Source: Fidelibacterota bacterium (GTDB taxonomy: Bacteria; Fidelibacterota; Fidelibacteria; Fidelibacterales; Fidelibacteraceae). From it: a DNA stretch of 11,093 nucleotides. Below the pieces are notes generated by a model. That model was given only the letters and a program-made list of their open reading frames with translations. It made no database searches and had not been told where the DNA came from. The stretch covers positions 2,051 through 13,143 of the forward strand of contig JAYEOX010000030.1 in NCBI GenBank assembly GCA_034723415.1, given 5' to 3'. This document shows positions 1-6,039 of the stretch, in pieces (position 1 is the stretch's first letter; every line of letters starts with the position of its first letter). Position numbers and translations under genes: made by a program.

Positions 1-59
1 GCTCAGCAACCGTGCTTCGACTTTGCTCAGCAACCATATTTTGACTTTATTCACTAACT
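1..59. repeat. 24-bp tandem REP-like repeat (partial copy at window edge, one full copy, one degenerate copy)
   Basis: GCTCAGCAACC occurs at 1-11 and 25-35 (period 24). Unit 12-35 GTGCTTCGACTTTGCTCAGCAACC matches 36-59 ATATTTTGACTTTATTCACTAACT at 15/24 positions. Confidence 0.7.
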
Positions 60-63
60 ATGT

Positions 64-93
64 TTTCGTGTTTTTTCGTGAAATTTCGTGGCT
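64..93 (-). repeat. TTTCGTG x3 (CACGAAA on minus strand), period 10, just downstream of nth stop
   Basis: TTTCGTG at 64-70, 74-80 and 84-90, followed by GCT. Confidence 0.8.
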
Positions 94-98
94 ATATT

Positions 99-737
99 TT
101 AAATATCTAAATATTTTTCACAAAATTCATTTATCCCGCAAATCGAACATTGTGGATTTCGTGCTTTACAGATCTTTCTTCCGTGTTCAATGATCAGATG
201 ATTCCAAATTGACCAATATTTCTTTGGTAATACTCGTTGCAGATCCATTTCAATTTTGTTCGGATCGGTATTTTTTGTTAATCCCAAATGTTTTGAAATT
301 CTTGCTACATGCGTGTCCACTGCGATTGCCGGAAAATTAAATGCAGTTGCCAAGACAACATTTGCTGTTTTGCGTCCCACGCCGGGCAGAGTGATCAACT
401 CTTCAATATTTTGCGGAATTTCTCCATTAAAATCTTTCACGATCTTTTTTGAAGCATTGATGATATTTTTAGCTTTGGAATTATAGAAACCTGCAGTTTT
501 GATCATCACTTTCACATCTTCGATATCCGCTTCAGACATACTTTTTACAGTTGGATACTTTTTAAATAATTTTGGTGTGATCTTATTCACTCTTTCATCT
601 GTACATTGAGCAGATAAAATTGTTGAGATCAGAAGTTCGTAAGTGTTGACATGATCTAATGTACACGTAGCATTTGGATATAATTCCCTCAAAATATCTA
701 TTATTTTTTGAACTTGGATTTTACTATTATTTATCAT
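99..737 (-). CDS. nth: Endonuclease III (DNA glycosylase/AP lyase)
   Basis: 212-aa ORF with LISTILSAQCTDERVN, helix-hairpin-helix LPGVGRKTA (catalytic Lys), AVDTHV (catalytic Asp) and the [4Fe-4S] motif C-x6-C-x2-C-x5-C (CKARNPQCSICGINEFC). Confidence 0.97.
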   Translation of the reverse strand: MINNSKIQVQKIIDILRELYPNATCTLDHVNTYELLISTILSAQCTDERVNKITPKLFKKYPTVKSMSEADIEDVKVMIKTAGFYNSKAKNIINASKKIVKDFNGEIPQNIEELITLPGVGRKTANVVLATAFNFPAIAVDTHVARISKHLGLTKNTDPNKIEMDLQRVLPKKYWSIWNHLIIEHGRKICKARNPQCSICGINEFCEKYLDI

Positions 738-775
738 CTTTAATTAGAGAGACAATATTTTTAATTATTAATCTA

Positions 776-800
776 TTTGCGGCTTTGCGACTTTGCGTGA
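776..800 (-). repeat. TTTGCG x3 (CGCAAAG on minus strand), period 8, just downstream of pruA stop
   Basis: TTTGCG at 776-781, 784-789 and 792-797, followed by TGA. Confidence 0.8.
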
Positions 801-814
801 AATTCTTTCTTATT

Positions 815-2449
815 TTATTCTTCATCCATAAATGGATATTTGTAATCTGTCGGAGGATTGAAAGTTTCTTTTACCGTTCGCATTGAAACCCATCTCATAA
901 GATTTGCAGAAGAACCCGCTTTGTCATTTGTTCCTGAAGCACGCGAACCGCCAAATGGTTGTTGTCCGACTACAGCGGCAGTTGGTTTATCGTTGATGTA
1001 GAAATTTCCGGCTGCGTGAGTTAAAATATCTTTTCCCAATTCCAATGCTTCTCTGTCTTTTGAAAATAATGCTCCGGTTAATGCATAAGGACTTGTTTCA
1101 TCGCAAGTGTGAAGCATCTTCTCATACTCATTTTCGTCGTAAACATGAATTGTCAGAACAGGCCCGAATATCTCTTCTTCCATTGTTTTGAATTTTGGAT
1201 CTGTAGTTACAATTGTTGTCGGTTCGATAAAATATCCTTTTGAATTGTCATAATTTCCGCCGGTAATGATTTCCGCTTCATCGTGTTTTTTTGCGTAGTC
1301 AATATATTCGGTAATACTTTCAAAAGCTGCAGGATCAATAACAGCCGTCATAAAATTTGTAAAGTCCTCTGCATCCCCCATTTTTATTGTATTGACTTCT
1401 TTGACATACTTTTTCTTGAATTCTTCCCAAAGATTTGAGGGAATATACATTCTGGAAGCTGCCGAACATTTTTGTCCTTGATATTCAAAAGCACCTCTGA
1501 TAGCTGCTGTAACCAATGCATCGACATCTGCCGATCTGTGAGCAAAAATAAAATCCTTTCCGCCTGTTTCACCAACGATCCTCGGATAAGTATTATATTT
1601 TGAAATATTATTTCCAACTGTTTTCCACATATTTTGAAATACTGCAGTTGAGCCGGTAAAGTGAATTCCTGCTAATAATTTATTATCCATTACTATTCTG
1701 CCGAGTTTTGCTCCACTTCCCGGAATGAAATTAACAACGCCATCGGGCAAACCGGCTTCTTGAAACATTTTCATTAAAAAGTAAGCGGAATATACAGCAC
1801 TCGAAGCGGGTTTCCATAGTGAGACGTTTCCCATCAGAACCGGAGCAGTTGGTAAATTACCGGCGATAGAAGTGAAGTTAAATGGAGTAACAGCGAAAAT
1901 AAATCCCTCTAATGGACGATATTCTACACTATTCCACATGCCGTCCGGATTATATTTTGGTTGATTTTGATAAATTTCAGTTAAATATTCGGCATTAAAA
2001 TTAAAGAAATCGATCAATTCAACTGCCGCATCAATTTCCGCCTGCATTACAGTCTTTGATTGTGATAACATTGTGGAAGCATTTAGCAGATCTCTGTAAG
2101 GTCCGGCGAGAAGAGTTGCCATTTTTTTGAATATTGCTACTCTGGATTTCCAATGCATTTTTGACCACTTTTTCCAAGCTTTCTGCGACGCATCGATCGC
2201 CATTTGAATTTCTTTTTCTCCGGCTTTGTGATAAGTACCAAGAATATGTTGATGATCGTGTGGAATTCTACATTCTCCCATATCACTGGTTTTAATTTCC
2301 TTACCACCAATGATCAATGGAATTTCGATTTTTTTACTCTTCAATTCCTGTAACTTTTTTTTCAGAGAATTTCTCTCTGAACTTCCGGGAGAATACGATT
2401 TAATTGGTTCGTTTTTTGCTTCCGGAACCTTGTAAATTGCATTTAACAT
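815..2449 (-). CDS. pruA: L-glutamate gamma-semialdehyde (delta-1-pyrroline-5-carboxylate) dehydrogenase, monofunctional
   Basis: 544-aa ALDH4-type protein with NEPIKSY N-terminus, TPFNFTSIAGNL, WKPA, IHFTGST, GETGGKDF (catalytic Glu), YQGQKCSA (catalytic Cys), EEIFGPVL and INDKPTAAVVGQQPFGGSRASGTNDK. SD GGAGG at 2461-2457. Confidence 0.95.
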   Translation of the reverse strand: MLNAIYKVPEAKNEPIKSYSPGSSERNSLKKKLQELKSKKIEIPLIIGGKEIKTSDMGECRIPHDHQHILGTYHKAGEKEIQMAIDASQKAWKKWSKMHWKSRVAIFKKMATLLAGPYRDLLNASTMLSQSKTVMQAEIDAAVELIDFFNFNAEYLTEIYQNQPKYNPDGMWNSVEYRPLEGFIFAVTPFNFTSIAGNLPTAPVLMGNVSLWKPASSAVYSAYFLMKMFQEAGLPDGVVNFIPGSGAKLGRIVMDNKLLAGIHFTGSTAVFQNMWKTVGNNISKYNTYPRIVGETGGKDFIFAHRSADVDALVTAAIRGAFEYQGQKCSAASRMYIPSNLWEEFKKKYVKEVNTIKMGDAEDFTNFMTAVIDPAAFESITEYIDYAKKHDEAEIITGGNYDNSKGYFIEPTTIVTTDPKFKTMEEEIFGPVLTIHVYDENEYEKMLHTCDETSPYALTGALFSKDREALELGKDILTHAAGNFYINDKPTAAVVGQQPFGGSRASGTNDKAGSSANLMRWVSMRTVKETFNPPTDYKYPFMDEE

Positions 2450-2479
2450 TATTATACCTCCATTATTTGTTAATACTAT

Positions 2480-2508
2480 AATATATGAATATTTTTAAAA
2501 ATATTCAA
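2480..2508 (-). promoter_or_regulatory. Candidate sigma70 promoter of pruA overlapped by a perfect 22-bp palindrome (candidate operator)
   Basis: Minus strand reads TTGAAT-17 nt-TATATT. TGAATATTTTT/AAAAATATTCA at 2486-2507 is a perfect palindrome. Confidence 0.55.
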
Positions 2509-2527
2509 TAAAAATATTTGTATATAT

Positions 2528-2558
2528 AAAAAAAACAAGGGAGCAATGCTCCCTTGTT
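2528..2558 (-). terminator. Intrinsic terminator of hsp20
   Basis: Inverted repeat AACAAGGGAGCA (2534-2545) / TGCTCCCTTGTT (2547-2558), running into a T8 tract on the minus strand (A run 2528-2535), about 23 nt after the hsp20 stop. Confidence 0.9.
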
Positions 2559-2581
2559 AATAAACCAAATTCAATCTTATT

Positions 2582-2998
2582 TTAATTGATTTTGATTTTC
2601 TTTGGTTTTGCTTTTTCTGACTTTGGAATGCTCACATTCAATAATCCATCATTCCATTTTGCATCAATTTTGTCAGAATCAATATTTGAAGGTAATTCAA
2701 AACTTCGTGAAAATTTTCCAAAAGATATTTCATTAATGTGGTAGCGAGAGTTTTCTTCTTTCTTCTCTGTTTTCTTCTCACCGGAAATTGTCAAAATGTT
2801 ATCTTCAAATAAGATATCAATTTCGTCTTTTTTAATTCCTGGTGCTTCAACTTCTAATTTGTATTCGTCGTCAGTTTCCAATAAGTTCATTCTTGGTGAA
2901 TAATTTTGCCCCAAGTTGTCTTGAAAAGCGCTAAAAAAATCGTTGAATGTGCTTGGAAAAATTTCATTTCCTTGATGTCTTCTTGTTAATTGTCTCAT
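2582..2998 (-). CDS. Hsp20/alpha-crystallin family small heat shock protein
   Basis: 138 aa with PRMNLLETDDEYKLEVEAPG, LTISGEK, FGKFSRSFELP, A-x-x-x-DGLL-x-V-x-IPK and C-terminal IKI (IxI motif). SD AAGGAG at 3010-3005. Confidence 0.96.
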   Translation of the reverse strand: MRQLTRRHQGNEIFPSTFNDFFSAFQDNLGQNYSPRMNLLETDDEYKLEVEAPGIKKDEIDILFEDNILTISGEKKTEKKEENSRYHINEISFGKFSRSFELPSNIDSDKIDAKWNDGLLNVSIPKSEKAKPKKIKIN

Positions 2999-3041
2999 TT
3001 TCTTCTCCTTTTTTTAATTTTCAATTTTCACTTATTAATAA

Positions 3042-3058
3042 TGCATATATCATACCAA
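3042..3058 (-). promoter_or_regulatory. Candidate sigma54 (-24/-12) promoter of hsp20
   Basis: Minus strand TTGGTATGATATATGCA has GG-N10-GC with exact spacing and resembles consensus TGGCAC-N5-TTGC. It is correctly oriented, about 45 nt upstream of the ATG. Confidence 0.65.
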
Positions 3059-3097
3059 AACGAAGTATATGCAATAATAGCAGAAATAGTTGCGTTG

Positions 3098-3133
3098 ATA
3101 AGCCAATATGAAATAATATACGCCATTATGACA
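3098..3133. promoter_or_regulatory. Paired imperfect direct repeat (20-bp period), candidate activator-binding sites
   Basis: ATAAGCCAATATGAAA (3098-3113) vs ATACGCCATTATGACA (3118-3133): 13/16 identical. Confidence 0.45.
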
Positions 3134-3281
3134 ATTATAATGTTTTTATTTATAAATTTATTTGATTTTATTTAAATTTATGAGAATAATAAACATTTAA
3201 TAAAATTTTCAAAATTGGTAAAAAATATGTATATTTATTAAATGTAAAATGTAAAATGAATAAATAAAAAAAAGAACAAAA

Positions 3282-6026
3282 ATGAACAAGCAAATATTTT
3301 ATACTTTATTATTAATAATAACTTTTACAATTCAAGCTTTTGGATTTGTTACTTATGTTCCCGATAGTATTTCTACAATTCAGCATGCTATAGATTCGGT
3401 GAATGCAAACGATACGATAATTGTTAGCGAAGGGACTTATAACGAAAATATAAATTTCAATGGGAAGAGTTTAACGCTTGTCTCAAGATATTTTAATGAT
3501 CAGAGAGAAAGTCATATTTCCAAAACAATAATTTCAGGTAATGATAGCGGTAGTGTAGTTATTTATAATGGTGGAGAGGATTCGACTTCAATATTAATGG
3601 GATTCACAATTAAAAACGGGAATGCGGATTCAACTATAAATTATAACGGTGGTGGCATTTATTGTAATAATTCCAATCCCGAATTATCTCATTTGATAGT
3701 TGAAAATAATATTGCCGATAGTTGTGGAGGCGGAATATATTTCAATAATTCAGATGCAAGATGTAAAAACATAACGCTTCAAAATGATAGTGCGAAAATA
3801 TTTGGTGGAGGAATATATTTAAAAAATTCAACACAGATTGACAGTCAAATTACGATTCAAAATAATGCCGCTGAAGAAGATGGAGCGGGTTTATATATTG
3901 ATAACTCAAATTTAAATTTAGCAAAAAGTTATATTATTGAAAATAGTTCAAATAATTCAGGTGGCGGGTTTTTTATTAATAGTTCCACTGTCAAATTTGA
4001 GAATTGCTTGATAGCAGATAATCAGATAATTAGCGGGAACGGTTCTGCGATCAATGGTATGAATTCTTCAATAGAAATTGTAAATAATACAATTGTAAAT
4101 AATAACAGCAGTGATGAAATGTATTTCAATTTGTCAAATTTAACAAGCAAAAATTCAATTATTTGGGAAACAATTAATATAGATTCTGATTCGGCAAATA
4201 TTACATATTCTAATATAAAAGGTGGGTGGAGTGGTACGGAAAATCTAAATGTTTTGCCAAGATTTGTTTCGGATAACAGCGATTATCATCTTTCAGATTC
4301 TTCATATTGTATCGGAATGGGAACGAACGATATAAACTTTACAACAGATATTGAAGGAAATGTAAGACCAAATCCCGCAGATTCTTATACAGATATTGGC
4401 GCTTATGAGAATAGCAGACGCGCCCCAATAAATAAAGGAAATATTTATTATATCACAAAGTCCGGAAATGAAACAAACGGGAACGGTTCTTATGATAGAC
4501 CATTTTTAAAAATACAATCCGGTGTGGATGATGCATCTGTTGGAGATACGATTTTAATTTTACCGGGTACTTATTATGAAGGTGTGAATGTAAATAAATC
4601 ATTGTGTATTGGTTCAAATATTTTGGTTACAAACGATACAACTTATATAGACAACACAATAATATCTGTTGATTCAATTTTAGATAAAAGCGCCTTACAA
4701 ATTGAAAATACAGGTAAGAATATCGTTGTAATAAATGGATTGACATTGGAAAATGGGGAAGGAACTAATAAGTATACTAATTCCCGTGGTGGAGGAATAT
4801 TTTGCAATAATACAAATGTACAGTTAAAAAATCTGGTAATAAAAAATTGTACAGCCGATTATGGTGCCGGATTGGACTTCACTAATTCAGATGCTGTTTT
4901 GAGTAATGTTGTAATTGAGTCAAATTTAACGATGGGTTGGGGAGGTGGAATATCATCTGCAAATTCGGAATTATATTTGTTCGATGTTAATATTTTAAAT
5001 AATCAAGCGAGTATGGGAGGTGGAATATATTCTATCGACAATTCTGTTTTAAATTTACAAAATGTAAATATTTTGGGGAATTCTGCTATAAAAAATGTTA
5101 CACTTTCACCCAAATTAGGATCATTATATAAAGCATCGGATATACAATCAATTTCTAACTATGGTGGTGGAATACATTGCCAAAATACAGAGTTGACTTT
5201 ACAGAATACGATCGTTGCAAAAAATGAATCAGATGGAAATGGTTCGGGAATAAGTTTAAGTGAATCATTTGTTAAATCGATCAATTCAACTTACTATGGA
5301 AATAGTTCGAGTAAAAATGGTGGTGCTTTTTATTTGGATTATAATTCACAAGCGGTAATTGTCAATTCGATCCTGTGGCAAAATTCACCACAAGAAATTT
5401 ATCTAAAATCCGACTCGATCACTATCACATATTCTGATATAGAAGGCGGAGAATCGGGAATTGTAGATAGTGGTTTTGTCGATTGGTCAGCAGGAAATAT
5501 AAGTTCCGATCCTGACTTTGTAGATACTACCAATAATAATTATAATCTTAATATCGGGTCTGCTTGTGAAAATGTTGGAACGGATTTTTTCATTTTTCAA
5601 GGCGATACGATAATTGATCTTTCAGAGGATGAATACAGTGGAAACGCTCCGGATTTTGGTGCTTTTGGTAGTAACCCAAACATCTCTGATCCAACTGTGA
5701 ACATCAAAGAAATAAAAAACATTGTAATTCCCGAAAAATTGGAAGTATTTCCTGCTTATCCAAATCCATTTAATCCTACGGTAACAATACCTTATGCAAT
5801 ACCTGAAAACGGGCGAGTAAAAATATCTATTTATAATATCCTTGGTCAGAAAGTTCTTTCTTTAGTAGATGAAATTCAAGAAAAGGGGAATCACAAAGTT
5901 CTTTGGAATAGTGAAAATAAATACGGTGTAAAAATTTCAACAGGGATTTATTTTGTAACTATTTGGGTTAAATATAGTTCAAATGAATTGGATTTCGGAT
6001 CATATAAAATTGTACTTATAAAATAA
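3282..6026 (+). CDS. Secreted right-handed parallel beta-helix (pectin-lyase-fold/Pmp-like repeat) protein with two modules and a C-terminal T9SS type A/FlgD-Ig-like sorting domain
   Basis: N-terminal signal peptide (MNKQIFYTLLLIITFTIQAFG). Two caps, TIQHAID..GTYNE and KIQSGVD..PGTYYE. About 13 GG(G/A)I-like repeats. Module ends DIGAYE and DFGAFG. Tail AYPNPFNPTVTI..IYNILGQKV..STGIYFV..KIVLIK. Confidence 0.88.
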   Translation: MNKQIFYTLLLIITFTIQAFGFVTYVPDSISTIQHAIDSVNANDTIIVSEGTYNENINFNGKSLTLVSRYFNDQRESHISKTIISGNDSGSVVIYNGGEDSTSILMGFTIKNGNADSTINYNGGGIYCNNSNPELSHLIVENNIADSCGGGIYFNNSDARCKNITLQNDSAKIFGGGIYLKNSTQIDSQITIQNNAAEEDGAGLYIDNSNLNLAKSYIIENSSNNSGGGFFINSSTVKFENCLIADNQIISGNGSAINGMNSSIEIVNNTIVNNNSSDEMYFNLSNLTSKNSIIWETINIDSDSANITYSNIKGGWSGTENLNVLPRFVSDNSDYHLSDSSYCIGMGTNDINFTTDIEGNVRPNPADSYTDIGAYENSRRAPINKGNIYYITKSGNETNGNGSYDRPFLKIQSGVDDASVGDTILILPGTYYEGVNVNKSLCIGSNILVTNDTTYIDNTIISVDSILDKSALQIENTGKNIVVINGLTLENGEGTNKYTNSRGGGIFCNNTNVQLKNLVIKNCTADYGAGLDFTNSDAVLSNVVIESNLTMGWGGGISSANSELYLFDVNILNNQASMGGGIYSIDNSVLNLQNVNILGNSAIKNVTLSPKLGSLYKASDIQSISNYGGGIHCQNTELTLQNTIVAKNESDGNGSGISLSESFVKSINSTYYGNSSSKNGGAFYLDYNSQAVIVNSILWQNSPQEIYLKSDSITITYSDIEGGESGIVDSGFVDWSAGNISSDPDFVDTTNNNYNLNIGSACENVGTDFFIFQGDTIIDLSEDEYSGNAPDFGAFGSNPNISDPTVNIKEIKNIVIPEKLEVFPAYPNPFNPTVTIPYAIPENGRVKISIYNILGQKVLSLVDEIQEKGNHKVLWNSENKYGVKISTGIYFVTIWVKYSSNELDFGSYKIVLIK

Positions 6027-6039
6027 ATTAGATATAAAA

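Noticed and set aside
1..93. Possible CRISPR array end
   Set aside because: Units are adjacent (period 24 and 10) with no unique 25-45-nt spacers, and there are no cas genes in the window.
256..886. Plus-strand ORFs 256-486 and 674-886
   Set aside because: Antisense to or overlapping nth and pruA, with no recognisable motifs. The F/L/I-rich composition reflects AT-rich antisense DNA.
1384..1617. 77-aa alternative-frame ORF inside pruA
   Set aside because: Fully nested in a conserved CDS, with no motif.
2990..3175. 61-aa hydrophobic ORF in the hsp20 promoter region
   Set aside because: Non-ATG start, no SD, overlaps the hsp20 start and promoter. Hydrophobicity is expected from T-rich DNA.
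3181..3245. Sigma70 promoter for the beta-helix gene
   Set aside because: TATATT and TTGGTA are present but wrongly spaced, and the region is too AT-rich to call.
3000..3281. CIRCE/HrcA, HAIR or ROSE thermometer upstream of hsp20
   Set aside because: No matching inverted repeats. The predicted 5' UTR is only about 33 nt and A-rich, with no structure to occlude the SD.
3282..6026. Chlamydial Pmp-type autotransporter
   Set aside because: It has GGAI-like repeats but no C-terminal beta-barrel or terminal aromatic residue. The tail is T9SS/FlgD-Ig-like.
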